A stretch of 64,000 bases of DNA from Halobacteriales archaeon (GCA_007118975.1 SKQO01000020.1:11569-75568), one strand, 5' to 3'. Positions 1-11,695 are shown, counted from the stretch's first letter. Notes: generated by a model not told the origin, from the letters alone. Numbers and translations are program-made.

Positions 1-82
1 TCGTCGAGGAATCTGTGGTCTAACTCGAAGCGAAACGACCGATTCCGACGCATTCAAAGGAATTCTGCGGGTAAGATCTCTC

Positions 83-1555
83 ATGACCCTGCGCGTCTCG
101 AACACCCTCACCGGCCAGACCGAAGTGTTCGAGCCCACCGAACCCGGACGGGCGACGATGTACTACTGTGGGCTCACGGTCTCCGACGACGCGCATCTCG
201 GGCATGCCCGGTCGTGGGTTCACACCGACGTGATCCGCCGGTGGCTGGAGCATCTCGGCTATGCGGTCCGCCACGTCGAGAATTTCACGGACGTCAACGA
301 GAAGATCATCGCGAAGGTCGGCGTCGATGGCGAGGACGAGGCATCAGTGGCGGCGTACTACACCGACCGGGTGATCGAGGATATGCGATCGCTCAACCTT
401 CGACGGGCACACGTCCATCCGCGAGTCTCCGAACACACACCGGAGATCGTCGATCTTATCGAGCGGCTGATCGAGGACGGACACGCCTACGAGGCGAACG
501 GTTCGGTCTATTTCGACGTCACGACGTTCCCGGCGTACGGACGCCTGTCGAACCAGCAACTCTCGGAGATGGCAGCCGACGAAGAGCGAGCACTCGCTGA
601 AAAGCGCAATCCGCAAGATTTCGCGCTCTGGAAGGCCGGCCGGCCTTCCCCCGATGAAATCGCCCCACACCAACAGGCGGACGAGTTGTCGGCGGACGCG
701 GCCGCCGAAACCGCAATGACGTTCGATTCTCCATGGGGAGAGGGTCGTCCCGGCTGGCACATCGAGTGTTCGGCGATGTCGACGACCCATCTCGGTGATA
801 CATTCGACATCCATCTCGCGGGCCACGATATCCTGTTCCCGCACAACGAAAACGAGATCGCACAGAGCGAAGCAGCGACCGATCAGCCGTTCGCACGCTA
901 CTGGTTACACACCGGGCTTTTGCGCACCGAGGGCGAAAAGATGTCCTCGAGCCTCCAAAACTTTTTCCGCGTCCGCGATGCCGTCGCCGAGTACGGCCCG
1001 AACGTCATTCGAATGTTCTACCTCTCGTCGGTCTACTCCGCCGATCAGCTATTCAGTGAGGTGGCAATCGCCGAGGCAGAAGAGCGGTGGGAACGGTTGG
1101 AGCGCGCGATGTCGCGGGGGATCGGGACCGTTGACAGCATCGATGCGGGATCGAAGGCGACTGACCCCGCACTCCGGCGGGCTGTCGACGGGACCGCCAC
1201 GGCGGTGACGAGCGCGATGAACGACGATTTCAACACGCGAGAGGCAGTGGCTGCGCTGCTGGATCTGGCGGGGGAGATCCACCGTCACATCGACGGAGAC
1301 AGCCCCTACGACTACCAGGGACTGCTGCGGGCGGTGTGCGTGCTAGAAGAATACGGTGGTGACGTGTTCGGGCTGGAATTCGACACGACACGAACGACGG
1401 GCCAAGAAGACGCGCTCGTCGAACTGATCCTTGAACTGCGAGAACAGGAACGGACTGCCGGTAATTTCGAGCGTGCTGACGAGCTGCGATCGATGCTCGC
1501 CGATCTCGGCATCGCCGTCGAGGATACTGACGAGGGTCCCGTCTATCGCCGTTAA
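83..1555 (+). CDS. cysS: cysteine--tRNA ligase
   Basis: 490-aa ORF. It has a class-I aaRS HIGH-type motif 'HLGHARS' near the N-terminus, a KMSKS-type 'KMSSSL', and a CysRS-like 'PGWHIECSAM' zinc-site region. Confidence 0.93.
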   Translation: MTLRVSNTLTGQTEVFEPTEPGRATMYYCGLTVSDDAHLGHARSWVHTDVIRRWLEHLGYAVRHVENFTDVNEKIIAKVGVDGEDEASVAAYYTDRVIEDMRSLNLRRAHVHPRVSEHTPEIVDLIERLIEDGHAYEANGSVYFDVTTFPAYGRLSNQQLSEMAADEERALAEKRNPQDFALWKAGRPSPDEIAPHQQADELSADAAAETAMTFDSPWGEGRPGWHIECSAMSTTHLGDTFDIHLAGHDILFPHNENEIAQSEAATDQPFARYWLHTGLLRTEGEKMSSSLQNFFRVRDAVAEYGPNVIRMFYLSSVYSADQLFSEVAIAEAEERWERLERAMSRGIGTVDSIDAGSKATDPALRRAVDGTATAVTSAMNDDFNTREAVAALLDLAGEIHRHIDGDSPYDYQGLLRAVCVLEEYGGDVFGLEFDTTRTTGQEDALVELILELREQERTAGNFERADELRSMLADLGIAVEDTDEGPVYRR

Positions 1556-1586
1556 TAGGCAGAAATCCCGGTGCTGCGACGACACC

Positions 1587-1593
1587 TTTTTTT
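1587..1593 (+). terminator. T7 run downstream of cysS (archaeal oligo-T terminator candidate)
   Basis: 'ccTTTTTTTga' lies 32 nt after the cysS stop. It falls inside the GTG-1571 N-terminal extension of the next ORF, which argues for the ATG-1616 start. Confidence 0.35.
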
Positions 1594-1615
1594 GAACCCC
1601 AACAGTGCTCTGTGC

Positions 1616-3874
1616 ATGACCCTCGAAGAGGATTCATTGGAGTACCACCGCTCCCCACCGCCCGGGAAGCTCGAAATTGCGACCACCAAACCGACGAACA
1701 CCCAGCGAGATCTCGGCCTGGCCTATTCGCCCGGCGTTGCCGGGCCGTGTCGAGCAATCGCCGCAGATCCCGAGGACGCCTACGCGTACACGAGCAAAGG
1801 AAACCTCGTCGGCGTCGTATCCGACGGCTCGGCCGTGCTCGGACTCGGCGATATCGGGGCACAGGCATCCAAACCGGTGATGGAGGGGAAAGGGGTTCTC
1901 TTCAAACGATTCGCGGATATCGACGTCTTCGATATCGAGCTTGATACGGACGATCCCGAGGCGTTCATCGAGATGGTTGCGGCCATGGAACCTACCTTCG
2001 GCGGGATCAACCTCGAGGACATCAAGGCCCCTGAATGCTTCGAGATCGAGGCGGCCCTTTCCGAGCGGATGGAAATTCCAGTTTTCCACGACGATCAACA
2101 CGGGACTGCGATCATTACCGGCGCTGCGCTGCTGAACGCGGCGGCAATCGTTGGGAAGGAGCTATCGGAACTATCGGTCGTGTTCTCGGGGGCCGGTGCC
2201 AGCGCGATCGCGACGGCGTCCTTCTTCGAAACCCTGGGTGTCGACCCGGCGAAGATCGTCATGTGTGATTCATCGGGGATCATTACAGCCGACCGGGCGG
2301 CGGCCGACGATGTGAACGAACACAAGGCGGCGTACGCCCGGGAGACGGCTGGCGGTGATCTCGCGGATGCAATGCAGGGCGTGGACGTCTTGGTGGGGCT
2401 GTCGGTCGGGGGCATCGTGAGCCCGGAGATGGTGCGGTCGATGAACGACGATCCAATCATCTTCGCGATGGCGAACCCCGATCCGGAGATCAGCTACGAG
2501 GCGGCCAAAGCCGCCAGGGACGACACCGTCATCATGGCGACCGGGCGATCGGATTACCCGAACCAGGTGAACAACGTGCTGGGGTTCCCGTTTATCTTCC
2601 GGGGGGCGCTCGATGTCAGAGCCAGCGAAATCAACCAGGCGATGAACGTCGCCGCGGCCCGGGCACTCGCTGCACTCGCCAAACAGGACGTCCCGGACGC
2701 CGTCCGGCGCGCCTACGACGATCAGCCCCTCCAGTTCGGTCCGGAGTACATCATCCCGAAGCCGATGGATCCACGCGTGCTGTTTACGGTAGCGCCGGCC
2801 GTCGCGCGAGCGGCGATCGAATCCGGGAGCGCGCGCCGGGAACTCGATGTGGAGGCATACCCCGAGCAACTCGAAGCGCGTCTGGGCAAGGAACGCGAGC
2901 TCATGCGGATCGTGATGAACAAAGCCAAAAGCGATCCCCGGCGGGTGGTCCTGGCGGAAGGGGATAACGAGCGCATCATCCGGGCCGCGGCTCGTCTGAC
3001 CGACGAGGGACTTGCAGACCCCGTGTTGCTGGGCGACGGGGCGGTCATCGAGCAAAAAGTCGAGGAGCTCGGACTCTCGTTCGATCCGGTGGTGGTAAAC
3101 CAGGAAATCGCCATCCAAGACGAGTACGTCGAGCGGCTGTTCGAGATGCGAAAGCGCAAGGGACTCACCCGCAGCGAAGCCGCTGACCGGTTGCGGAACG
3201 ATCGCAACTATCTCGGCGCGATCATGGTCGAATGTGGCGACGCGGACGCGTTGCTGACGGGGCTGACCTACCATTATCCAACCGCGCTTCGGCCGCCCCT
3301 CGAGATCATCGGAACAGCTGAGGACGCCGACTACGCCGCAGGCGTGTACTTGCTAACCTTCAAAAACCGGGTCGTATTCTGTGCGGATGCGACCGTGAAT
3401 CCGGATCCGGATCCGTCCGTGCTCGCGGAGGTTACTCGCCATACCGTGGGACTCGCCCATCGATTCAACGTCGAACCGCGGGCGGCATTGCTGTCGTATT
3501 CGAATTTCGGGAGCGTCGACAACGAGGACACCCGGGCACCGCGGGAGGCGGTCGCGCGACTGCAAGCCGATCCTCGGGTCGAGTTTCCGGTCGACGGCGA
3601 GATGCAGGCCGACACCGCTGTGGTCGAGGACATCCTCACCGGGACCTACGACTTCGCGGCACTTGACGAACCGGCCAACGTGCTCATCTTCCCGTCGCTC
3701 GAGGCGGGCAACATCGGCTACAAGCTGCTCCAGCGGCTTGGCGGCGCCGAAGCGATCGGTCCCATGCTCGTGGGCATGCGAAAACCGGTACACGTCCTGC
3801 AGCGCGGCGATGACGTCAACGACATCGTGAACCTGGCGACGGTCGCCGTCGCGGACGCGCAGGACTCGGACTGA
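1616..3874 (+). CDS. maeB: NADP-dependent malic enzyme (malic-enzyme domain fused to a phosphate acetyltransferase-like domain)
   Basis: The long ORF 1571..3874 was trimmed to ATG 1616 ('[11 protein letters not shown]'). The N-terminal half is malic-enzyme-like ('LGLGDIGA', '[11 protein letters not shown]' Rossmann). The C-terminal ~330 aa are PTA-like ('LTGLTYHY', '[10 protein letters not shown]'). Confidence 0.88.
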   Translation: MTLEEDSLEYHRSPPPGKLEIATTKPTNTQRDLGLAYSPGVAGPCRAIAADPEDAYAYTSKGNLVGVVSDGSAVLGLGDIGAQASKPVMEGKGVLFKRFADIDVFDIELDTDDPEAFIEMVAAMEPTFGGINLEDIKAPECFEIEAALSERMEIPVFHDDQHGTAIITGAALLNAAAIVGKELSELSVVFSGAGASAIATASFFETLGVDPAKIVMCDSSGIITADRAAADDVNEHKAAYARETAGGDLADAMQGVDVLVGLSVGGIVSPEMVRSMNDDPIIFAMANPDPEISYEAAKAARDDTVIMATGRSDYPNQVNNVLGFPFIFRGALDVRASEINQAMNVAAARALAALAKQDVPDAVRRAYDDQPLQFGPEYIIPKPMDPRVLFTVAPAVARAAIESGSARRELDVEAYPEQLEARLGKERELMRIVMNKAKSDPRRVVLAEGDNERIIRAAARLTDEGLADPVLLGDGAVIEQKVEELGLSFDPVVVNQEIAIQDEYVERLFEMRKRKGLTRSEAADRLRNDRNYLGAIMVECGDADALLTGLTYHYPTALRPPLEIIGTAEDADYAAGVYLLTFKNRVVFCADATVNPDPDPSVLAEVTRHTVGLAHRFNVEPRAALLSYSNFGSVDNEDTRAPREAVARLQADPRVEFPVDGEMQADTAVVEDILTGTYDFAALDEPANVLIFPSLEAGNIGYKLLQRLGGAEAIGPMLVGMRKPVHVLQRGDDVNDIVNLATVAVADAQDSD

Positions 3875-4099
3875 TTTCCGGTCGATTCCCGAATTAACAA
3901 TCGCATCCCAGAGATTCGAGATCCATTCGTGACGGCCGTGCTGCTGTGGAGGTCGGTGCGGGACAGGTGAGGAGCTGCGTCGTGGGCGGCGGTCCGATCG
4001 CAGGTATTCGTTCCCGTTGACCCTTCGTGATTCCATCCCCTTCGCGTGGGCTGACTGCACGCGGACCGTCGCGTTTTTTCAGGCCGCGACCCAACCTGT

Positions 4100-7060
4100 A
4101 TGACAATGGCACAGGAGGGGGCAACCCCGGCGAGGGACGACCGATCGGCGTTCGACTATCAGCGAGAACACGATTCCGTCCCGGACGGGTTGGCCCCGCT
4201 CCCCGGTCTCGTCGACGGAGAAGTCCGATTCGACGACTACACCAAACAGCTCTACGCGACGGATGCGAGCATCTACGAAGCCACCCCCATCGCCGTCGTC
4301 TTTCCTCGACATACCGACGACGTGAGCGAGGTACTAGGGCACTGCTGGGTGGAGGAGATCCCAGTCCTCCCGCGCGGGGCGGGAACCAGTCTGGCGGGAC
4401 AGGCGGTGAACGAGGCGGTCGTAATGGACTTTACGCGACACATGGGCGAGCTGACGGACCTTGACGTCGAGGCCCAGACCGCCCGGGCACAACCGGGGAT
4501 CGTCCTCGCGACCCTCGACGAGGCACTCGCGGACGATCGACTTCAGTTCGCGCCCGACCCCGCCTGGGGCGATAAGAGCACGCTGGGCGGGGCGATTGGA
4601 AACAACAGTACAGGCGCTCACTCCCTCCACTACGGAAAAACGGACGACTATCTAGAATCCTGTGAGGTCGTCCTCGCGGACGGTTCCGTGGCGGAGTTCG
4701 GATGGGTCGACGTCAACGAGCTGGGGACGCTCGGTGACCCGGATGGGACGCTCGAGGAACGGATCTACGCGACGGTCGACCGCGTGGTCTCGGAAGAGGC
4801 GACGACGATCGAGCAGGCCTACCCCGATACCGGGCGGAACGTGGCCGGGTACAATCTCGACGCACTGGTCGAAGATGCCGAGCAGGGGCGAGTCAACGTC
4901 GCGAAGCTGTTCGCCGGGAGCGAGGGAACACTCGGTGTCGTCACGGCAGCGGCCGTCGGTCTCGAGCCGATCCCCCCCGAAACGGCGGTGGCACTGCTCA
5001 CTTACGAGTCGCTCACGGGGGCGATGGCCGACGTCGCGCCGATCCTGGCCCACGATCCGGCTGCCGTCGAAGTGATCGACGACGTCCTGCTGGACCTGGC
5101 GGCGGAGACGGAGGCCTTCGGGCCCCTGGTCGATATTCTTCCGGCTGGGACCGAGGCAGTCCTGCTGGTCGAGTGTGCCGGTGACGATCCAGAAACGGTC
5201 CGCGAACAGCTGGAGGGCGTCATCGCGGATCGACGGGGTGAACACGGCGCGTTCGACGCCATGACCGCCTATGAACCGGCCGAGCAAAAGCGGTTCTGGC
5301 AGCTCAGAAAGAGCGGGCTGCCGATCCTGTTGAGCCGGACGACGGACGAAAAACACATCGCATTCGTCGAGGATACCGCAGTTCCGGCCGAATCCCTACC
5401 GGGGTACGTCGCCGACGTCCAGCAGCTCTTCGCCGATCACGACACGTTCGCGAGTTTTTATGGGCACGCCGGTCCCGGTTGTCTCCACATCCGCCCGTTG
5501 TTGAACACCAAAACCAAGGACGGCGTCAACCGGATGGGGGCGATCGCCCACGGTGTGAGCGAACTCGCCGTCGAGTATGGCGGGACAGTGGCTGGGGAAC
5601 ACGGCAACGGCCGGGCGCGCACGCAGTGGCTGGAGGCGATGTACGGGGCCGAGGTCGTCGAACTGTTCGGTGCGATCAAACGGGCGTGCGACCCCCGAGA
5701 ACTCCTGAATCCCGGACAGATCTACGGAGATCTCGACATGACTCGCTCGCTCCGTTTTGACCCATCCTATGCGTTCTCGACCGACTTCGAGCCGACGCTA
5801 GAATGGGAGAACGCCAATGGGTTCCAGGGAATGGTCGAGTTGTGTCACGGCTGTGGCGGATGCAGAGGGGAGCAGTCGACGACGGGGGGCGTGATGTGTC
5901 CGACCTACCGTGCGAGCGCCGAGGAGATCACGACGACACGGGGGCGGGCCAACCTCCTCCGGCAAGCCCTCAGCGGTAATCTCCCCGCCGAAGAGGTGTT
6001 TACCGACGAGTTCCTCACCGAGGTGCTCGACCTCTGTATCGGGTGCAAGGGCTGTGCCCGGGACTGTCCCAGCGAGGTCGACATGGCCAAACTGAAAGCC
6101 GAACTCACCCACGAGTACCGCCAGCGGAACGGCTCGTCCCTGCGGGACCGCCTGTTTGCCGACATCGATCGGGTGGCTGCCCTGGGCAGTGCTACCGCAC
6201 CCGTGTCGAACTGGCTGAACGGCTTGCCCGGTGGCGACTGGATCCTCGAACGCGTGGTCGGAATCGCGGCGGAGCGGGGACCCCCCACCTTTGCGCGGAA
6301 ACCTTTCACTGAGTGGTTCGGCTCACACGAGCCGACCGTCGAACCGACCCGTGACACGCGAGTATTGCTCTACCCGGACACCTACACCAACTACATCGAA
6401 CCGTCGATCGGCCGCGCAGCCACAGAGGTCTATGAAGCAGCAGGCTTCGAGGTCGACCTCGCACGCGGTGTGGGGCCGAGCGGTCGCGCCGCGTACTCGC
6501 TCGGGTTCCTGGATCGCGCGCGGGCACGGGCCCAGCGTAACGTTGTTTCTCTCCGCGATCAACTCGACGAGAACACCCGACTGGTCGCCCTGGAGCCGGC
6601 GGATGCGGTCATGTTCCAGAGCGACTACGCAAGCCTCCTGGCGATAGAAGAGGTCGAGACGATCGCGGACCGGACGATGGGGGCAATGCAACTGCTCGAC
6701 GAGCTCCACGTCGAGTTGCCGGTGGAAGCACCGGAAACGCGGATCACCTACCACGGCCACTGCCACCAGAAAGCGACCGAACGGGCCCATCATGCTGCGA
6801 ACGTGCTGTCGGCTACCGGGTTCGAGGTGGTTACCCTGGATAGCGGGTGTTGTGGCATGGCCGGCTCCTTCGGTTACGAGGCGGAGCACTACGCCATGAG
6901 CAAGGCGATCGGACGCATCCTCTATGAACAGGTAGACGAGGCAGCCGGGGAGGCCGTCACGGCACCCGGTGCGTCCTGTCGCACGCAACTTGCCGACCAT
7001 CTGGGATCCGCGCCGCGCCATCCAATCGAATTCGTCGCGGATCGACTCGTGTCCACGTAG
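4100..7060 (+). CDS. FAD-binding oxidase fused to an Fe-S/CCG domain (D-lactate/glycolate dehydrogenase-like)
   Basis: 986 aa. The N-terminal half resembles an FAD-linked oxidase ('LPRGAGTSLAGQAV'). Two ferredoxin-type Cys clusters follow ('CHGCGGCRGE...MCP', 'CIGCKGCARDCP'), then a C-terminal Cys-rich 'GCCGMAGSFG' region. Confidence 0.85.
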   Translation: MTMAQEGATPARDDRSAFDYQREHDSVPDGLAPLPGLVDGEVRFDDYTKQLYATDASIYEATPIAVVFPRHTDDVSEVLGHCWVEEIPVLPRGAGTSLAGQAVNEAVVMDFTRHMGELTDLDVEAQTARAQPGIVLATLDEALADDRLQFAPDPAWGDKSTLGGAIGNNSTGAHSLHYGKTDDYLESCEVVLADGSVAEFGWVDVNELGTLGDPDGTLEERIYATVDRVVSEEATTIEQAYPDTGRNVAGYNLDALVEDAEQGRVNVAKLFAGSEGTLGVVTAAAVGLEPIPPETAVALLTYESLTGAMADVAPILAHDPAAVEVIDDVLLDLAAETEAFGPLVDILPAGTEAVLLVECAGDDPETVREQLEGVIADRRGEHGAFDAMTAYEPAEQKRFWQLRKSGLPILLSRTTDEKHIAFVEDTAVPAESLPGYVADVQQLFADHDTFASFYGHAGPGCLHIRPLLNTKTKDGVNRMGAIAHGVSELAVEYGGTVAGEHGNGRARTQWLEAMYGAEVVELFGAIKRACDPRELLNPGQIYGDLDMTRSLRFDPSYAFSTDFEPTLEWENANGFQGMVELCHGCGGCRGEQSTTGGVMCPTYRASAEEITTTRGRANLLRQALSGNLPAEEVFTDEFLTEVLDLCIGCKGCARDCPSEVDMAKLKAELTHEYRQRNGSSLRDRLFADIDRVAALGSATAPVSNWLNGLPGGDWILERVVGIAAERGPPTFARKPFTEWFGSHEPTVEPTRDTRVLLYPDTYTNYIEPSIGRAATEVYEAAGFEVDLARGVGPSGRAAYSLGFLDRARARAQRNVVSLRDQLDENTRLVALEPADAVMFQSDYASLLAIEEVETIADRTMGAMQLLDELHVELPVEAPETRITYHGHCHQKATERAHHAANVLSATGFEVVTLDSGCCGMAGSFGYEAEHYAMSKAIGRILYEQVDEAAGEAVTAPGASCRTQLADHLGSAPRHPIEFVADRLVST

Positions 7061-7107
7061 CAACGGATCACGAACGGCTTTGTACGCGGTGGCTCTACGA
7101 CCCGCCA

Positions 7108-7947
7108 ATGGACGCGGACGGCGACGGCGCCTGGTTCGACGGACTGGACCTCACGAACGAGGAGGTGGCCGCCAGATCTATTGCAAGGGGTGAGGCCGCG
7201 TCACCCCGGGATTGGCCCGCACTGGCCGTCGAAACGGGGGTCGTCACTGACGAAGCTACCTACTACCGCCGACTTCAGGCGATCGCGATCGCGGCGGCTC
7301 GAGAAGCTGTCAGTCGATACGAGGGTGCGGACGACCGGCAGGTTGTCCACGCCGTGAACACGATGGACGATTTGGATCGGACCGCAAACGAACTTGCCGA
7401 ACGGGTCGCAGAATGGGCGGGGAGTCTCGGTCACGATGATATCGCCGGCCCGGGGGACGTAGCGCGGTTGGCGGATCGCGAACCCGCGGGCATGCTCGCC
7501 GAGCGCCTCCACGACGTCGCACAGACAGTGGTCCGGATGCGAGAAGATCGGAACACGTTGGCGAGCACGATCGAGCGCACGGTTCCGGAGTTTGCCCCGA
7601 ATCTCAGCGAGATGGCGGGGCCGATCCTCTCAGCCCGTCTCATCGCACTCGCAGGTGATCTTGAACGGCTCGCCAAACTCCCCAGCGGCACGGTGCAGGT
7701 ACTGGGGGCAGAAGACGCCCTGTTCGCCCATCTCGAAGGGCATGCTCCCTCCCCCAAACACGGGGTGATATTTACGCACGAATACGTGCGCGGAACGCCG
7801 CCCGCACACCGTGGCTCCGCGGCTCGAGCACTGGCCGGCAAGCTCTCGATCGCCGCCCGAATCGATCACTACAGCGGCGACTATCGACCGGAAATCCACG
7901 CGGCCCTCGACGAACGAATCGCCCGGATCCAGGAGCGCGATGCATGA
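7108..7947 (+). CDS. nop5: C/D box sRNP protein Nop5 (NOP56/58 family)
   Basis: 279 aa with a Nop-domain-like C-terminal half ('LGAEDALFAHL...KHGVIF...RGSAARALAGKLSIAARID'). It overlaps the fibrillarin gene by 4 nt, which is the conserved archaeal pairing. Confidence 0.85.
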   Translation: MDADGDGAWFDGLDLTNEEVAARSIARGEAASPRDWPALAVETGVVTDEATYYRRLQAIAIAAAREAVSRYEGADDRQVVHAVNTMDDLDRTANELAERVAEWAGSLGHDDIAGPGDVARLADREPAGMLAERLHDVAQTVVRMREDRNTLASTIERTVPEFAPNLSEMAGPILSARLIALAGDLERLAKLPSGTVQVLGAEDALFAHLEGHAPSPKHGVIFTHEYVRGTPPAHRGSAARALAGKLSIAARIDHYSGDYRPEIHAALDERIARIQERDA

Positions 7948-8597
7948 CGTCGTTGCCATCCGGTGTCTCCCGCCGGGAATTCAACGGGCAGCAGCGACTG
8001 GCCACCCGCGGCGATCCGATCGGTGACGAGCCGACGACGAACGGATGGCGCGCCTGGGATTCGGCAACCTCGAAGGTGGCTGCCATGCTCGATCGGGACA
8101 TGGCGATCGGGCTCGCCCCCGGACAGCGCGTGCTCTACCTCGGAGCCGCGGCCGGGACGACAGTGAGCCACCTCGCCGATATCGTCGATGTGGTGTACGC
8201 AGTCGAGTTCGCCCCTAGACCGGTCCGTGACCTGTTAGCCGTCGCGGACTCGAGAGCCGGGGTGATCCCGCTCGTCAAAGACGCCAGGCAGCCCGACTCC
8301 TATGCCCACGTCGTCGAGTCCGGTCTCGATCTACTGTTCCAGGATGTTGCTACCCGGGAGCAAACGAGTGTCGCGATCGCCAATCGTCGTTTCCTCGCGG
8401 CTGACGGGCGTCTGGTGTGTGCACTGAAAGCACGATCGATCGACGTGACGCGCGAGCCGGAGGCGGTCTTCGAGACTGCCCGGGCGGAACTCGGGGAAGC
8501 ATACGAGATTCTCGCGGCCGAGCGACTGGATCCACTGCATCGGGATCACCTGGCGGTCGTGGCTCGTCCCCGTCCGAACGATGAACATGAAGGATAA
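7944..8597 (+). CDS. flpA: fibrillarin-like rRNA/tRNA 2'-O-methyltransferase
   Basis: 217 aa. It has the SAM-binding 'VLYLGAAAGTTVSHLADIV' and a fibrillarin-like 'VYAVEFAPRPVRDL...DAR'. It is translationally coupled to nop5. Confidence 0.9.
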   Translation: MTSLPSGVSRREFNGQQRLATRGDPIGDEPTTNGWRAWDSATSKVAAMLDRDMAIGLAPGQRVLYLGAAAGTTVSHLADIVDVVYAVEFAPRPVRDLLAVADSRAGVIPLVKDARQPDSYAHVVESGLDLLFQDVATREQTSVAIANRRFLAADGRLVCALKARSIDVTREPEAVFETARAELGEAYEILAAERLDPLHRDHLAVVARPRPNDEHEG

Positions 8598-8649
8598 TCC
8601 GTCGACGGGATCGCACCGCTTTTGTAGCTACTGGCTGACCCAATAGGCG

Positions 8650-9723
8650 ATGGAACGTGGGTCCGCGGAGAACTTCCAGCAGCTCGGTACGATCGGGATC
8701 GAGGAGGAGTACTTCGTCGTGGATCAGGACGGGCGCCCCGTTCCCGGCACCGACGAACTGGTCTACGAAGGCGATCCGCCCGCGATCCTCGAGGACCGAC
8801 TGGATCACGAACTATTCAAGTTCGTGATCGAGGCACAGACGCCGGTCATCTACGACATTGACGAGGCTGGTGACGTCCTCCGCGAGGTACGTCGTGCGCT
8901 CGTCGATTATGCAAACAGTTACGGGTACGAGATATCGGCCGCCGGGCTCCATCCGACCGCGACCTGGACCGAGCACGAGCACGCGGACAAACCGCGCTAT
9001 GCCGCCCAACTCGATCGAATCCAGTATCCTCAGCACCGAAACACGACTGCCGGGTTACACGTTCATATCGGCGTGGACGATGCAGAAAAGGCCGTCTGGA
9101 TCGCCAACGAGTTGCGCTGGTTCGTGCCGGTAATCCTCGCCGTGTCAGCGAATTCGCCGTTTTGGTGTGGACTAGACACTGGCCTCCAGTCCGCGCGGGC
9201 GAAGATCTTCGAAGCATTACCCAACACCGGCATTCCGACGGCGTTCGAATCCTACGAGGCGTTCGACACGTTCGAGCAAACGATGGTCGAGCACGACGCG
9301 ATCGGCGACCGTGGCGAAATTTGGTGGGACGTCAGGCCACACTCAGAACTGGGAACCGTCGAGGTGAGATCACCGGACGCGCAGGCAAATCCCGATCGCG
9401 TGCTCGCGATCGTCGAGTACGTGTATCATCTCGTCATACGACTCGCACGACGCTACGAGGGGACGGAAACGAGCACGAAGACCCGTCGGGAATTGCTCGA
9501 CGAAAACAAATGGCGGGCGATCCGGTGGGGGAAAGAGGCCGAACTCATCCGCCCGGATAGCTCGGGGACCGTACCGATTTCGACCGTCGTTGAACACGAA
9601 TGCGATCGACTGGGCATCGACGGGTTGCGCTCGCTGTTTACCGCAGAATCCGGTGCAGAACGGTTGCGTCACCTCCGGGACGAGGAGGGATTCGATGCGG
9701 TCCGCCGGGAGATCCTCCTCTGA
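8650..9723 (+). CDS. gshA: glutamate--cysteine ligase (GCS2 / carboxylate-amine ligase family)
   Basis: 357 aa with '[10 protein letters not shown]', '[10 protein letters not shown]' and 'SANSPFW', which are hallmarks of the YbdK/GCS2 family used by haloarchaea for gamma-glutamylcysteine. Confidence 0.8.
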   Translation: MERGSAENFQQLGTIGIEEEYFVVDQDGRPVPGTDELVYEGDPPAILEDRLDHELFKFVIEAQTPVIYDIDEAGDVLREVRRALVDYANSYGYEISAAGLHPTATWTEHEHADKPRYAAQLDRIQYPQHRNTTAGLHVHIGVDDAEKAVWIANELRWFVPVILAVSANSPFWCGLDTGLQSARAKIFEALPNTGIPTAFESYEAFDTFEQTMVEHDAIGDRGEIWWDVRPHSELGTVEVRSPDAQANPDRVLAIVEYVYHLVIRLARRYEGTETSTKTRRELLDENKWRAIRWGKEAELIRPDSSGTVPISTVVEHECDRLGIDGLRSLFTAESGAERLRHLRDEEGFDAVRREILL

Positions 9724-9753
9724 GGGGACGGAAGAGTTTTCCGCGACCCGGGC

Positions 9754-10326
9754 TTGTGTCCCATGAGAAAGAACATGACAGAGGACACAGACCAGGGGGA
9801 GGATACGTCGGTCCCGATCGACGTTGAATCGGATCAAGCAACCCCACGAGACCGCCTCGAGGGAGGTGCCGAACGGGCCGTCGAACAGCTCGACCGGAGT
9901 GTAGTCGATCTGCTCGCCTGGTTGCTCGATACGGAGACGCGCTCGCGAATCTACGTCTATCTCCGGTCGGAACCCGACAGCACTAGCGAAGAGGTCGCGG
10001 AGGGAACGGGCTTGTATCCGAGTACCGTCCGGGAGGCCCTCGCGGAGCTTCACGAAGAGGAGATCGTCACGCGCGAAAAGCGCGAACACGAGGGAGCCGG
10101 TAATAATCCGTTTGCCTATCGTGCGATTCCCCCGAGCGACCTCGTCGGTCGGATGGTCTCACAGGTGCAAGACCAGTTGAACACGCTGGTCAACCTTGAC
10201 ACCTACCTCGACGACGATGAGCCCACCACCGACGAGGAACCGATCACGATCTCCGTCGACGATCCGGACGATCGGGAGGACGCTGGGTCCGATGATGACG
10301 AAGCGGACGACGAACGCGATCCCTGA
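9754..10326 (+). CDS. winged-helix (TrmB/ArsR-like) transcriptional regulator with acidic tail
   Basis: It has an HTH-like region 'RSRIYVYLRSEPDSTSEEVAEGTGLYPSTVREALAELHEEEIV' and a very acidic D/E-rich C-terminus. The exact start is uncertain. Confidence 0.6.
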   Translation: MCPMRKNMTEDTDQGEDTSVPIDVESDQATPRDRLEGGAERAVEQLDRSVVDLLAWLLDTETRSRIYVYLRSEPDSTSEEVAEGTGLYPSTVREALAELHEEEIVTREKREHEGAGNNPFAYRAIPPSDLVGRMVSQVQDQLNTLVNLDTYLDDDEPTTDEEPITISVDDPDDREDAGSDDDEADDERDP

Positions 10327-10340
10327 CCGACCTGCGGTAG

Positions 10341-11306
10341 TTACTCCGCTACCGGGGCGACGGCCCATTCATCCGTCGCTGTCTCGAGACGCACGAGCCC
10401 GTCAGCCGCGAGCGACTCGACGAGGTCCCGCAACCACGAGCGATCGTCCTGGTCGGCAGGATCGAAATCGACGCGTACACGCGGTCCGAGTTCCGAGCAC
10501 GTAACGCGGCCGGCCTCTGAGACGATACGAACGATCCGTCCCCGAAACTGTCGACGGCTCCCGTCGAACGTGGGCTGGCTGGGCACGTCGGGTGCCGTGA
10601 AATCTCCCGTCGCGTAGGCGTCACACCACCGGCGCCACGGACAGTTACCCTCGTCACAACGAGGTCGTTTCTCGCAGACCACACCCCCGAGCTCCATCAT
10701 CGCATTGTTCCACTGGCGAGACGTTGCCGGCGGCATGAGTCGTGACGCCAGTCGTTCGTAAGAAGGTTCACGGTCAGTGGATGCGGTGCACAAGCGGAAC
10801 AAGATCCGCTTGACGTTGGTGTCTACGACGGCATCGCCGTTGTTGAAAGCGAAACTTGCGACTGCGTTCGCGGTGTACGGTCCCACACCAGGGAGGCGCT
10901 CAAGCTCGTCCGGTTCCCGCGGGAACGATCCATCCCAGTCGTGTGCGATAATCGAAGCTGACTCGTGCAGGAATCTGGCGCGCCTGTTGTATCCGAGTCG
11001 GTGGTCGCTCCAGAACGCCACCACCTCGGCCCGGGGTGTATCCGCGAGTGCCGCGACCGTCGGCCACCGCTCCAGGAACGCTTCCCAGGCGTCGACCACG
11101 CGCTCGAGCTGTGTTTGCTGGCTCATGACCTCCGCGACGAGGATCTCGTACGGATCCGTGGTGTCCCGCCAAGGGAGCGCCCGATGGTCGGCCGCGTACC
11201 ACGCCAAGAGCGCATCCCGCATCGAATCGAGGGCACCCGGCAAGCATTCATCAGGCATCGGGCGCAAAGCTTGCGACGAGGGGCAATGTGCGTGTTGATT
11301 CAGCAT
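10341..11306 (-). CDS. mutY: A/G-specific adenine DNA glycosylase
   Basis: It has the HhH-GPD motif 'LPGVGPYTANAVASFAF', an Fe-S loop 'C..RPRC..GNCPW..WC', and a C-terminal NUDIX-like domain. The start may be an internal Met. Confidence 0.85.
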   Translation of the reverse strand: MLNQHAHCPSSQALRPMPDECLPGALDSMRDALLAWYAADHRALPWRDTTDPYEILVAEVMSQQTQLERVVDAWEAFLERWPTVAALADTPRAEVVAFWSDHRLGYNRRARFLHESASIIAHDWDGSFPREPDELERLPGVGPYTANAVASFAFNNGDAVVDTNVKRILFRLCTASTDREPSYERLASRLMPPATSRQWNNAMMELGGVVCEKRPRCDEGNCPWRRWCDAYATGDFTAPDVPSQPTFDGSRRQFRGRIVRIVSEAGRVTCSELGPRVRVDFDPADQDDRSWLRDLVESLAADGLVRLETATDEWAVAPVAE

Positions 11307-11368
11307 CGAGACAGTCCGAGGCTACGTCGAAAGCCGTATGACCGCGATAACGAGTAAACCCCACCACC

Positions 11369-11695
11369 ATGAGTCTTGAGGCGCTGAGCACCGAGTTGGA
11401 GGCCACTGTCGCCGAGCTTGACGAGGAGCTGACTGTCACACTTGATCGGCAATCGAAAACGGAGCTCGCGCTCCTCCTCACGGCGCTGGGCCCGGAAGAT
11501 GCCGACGAGCTAGTGAGACGGGCGATTCAACTGCTCTTTCAGAGTACGGTGGACACCGGCGGGCTCGACCTCCATCTCCGCCGCGGCTACGACGTCACCT
11601 ACGACGAGTATCTTTCCGGCATGACCTATGACGAAATGCGTGGGGGGGCCGAATACCAGCCGACCACCGAGGACGATCGACGATATCAGTTCTAA
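11369..11695 (+). CDS. small acidic hypothetical protein
   Basis: 108-aa ORF with haloarchaeal acidic composition and no overlap with a better gene. I did not recognise a family. Confidence 0.5.
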   Translation: MSLEALSTELEATVAELDEELTVTLDRQSKTELALLLTALGPEDADELVRRAIQLLFQSTVDTGGLDLHLRRGYDVTYDEYLSGMTYDEMRGGAEYQPTTEDDRRYQF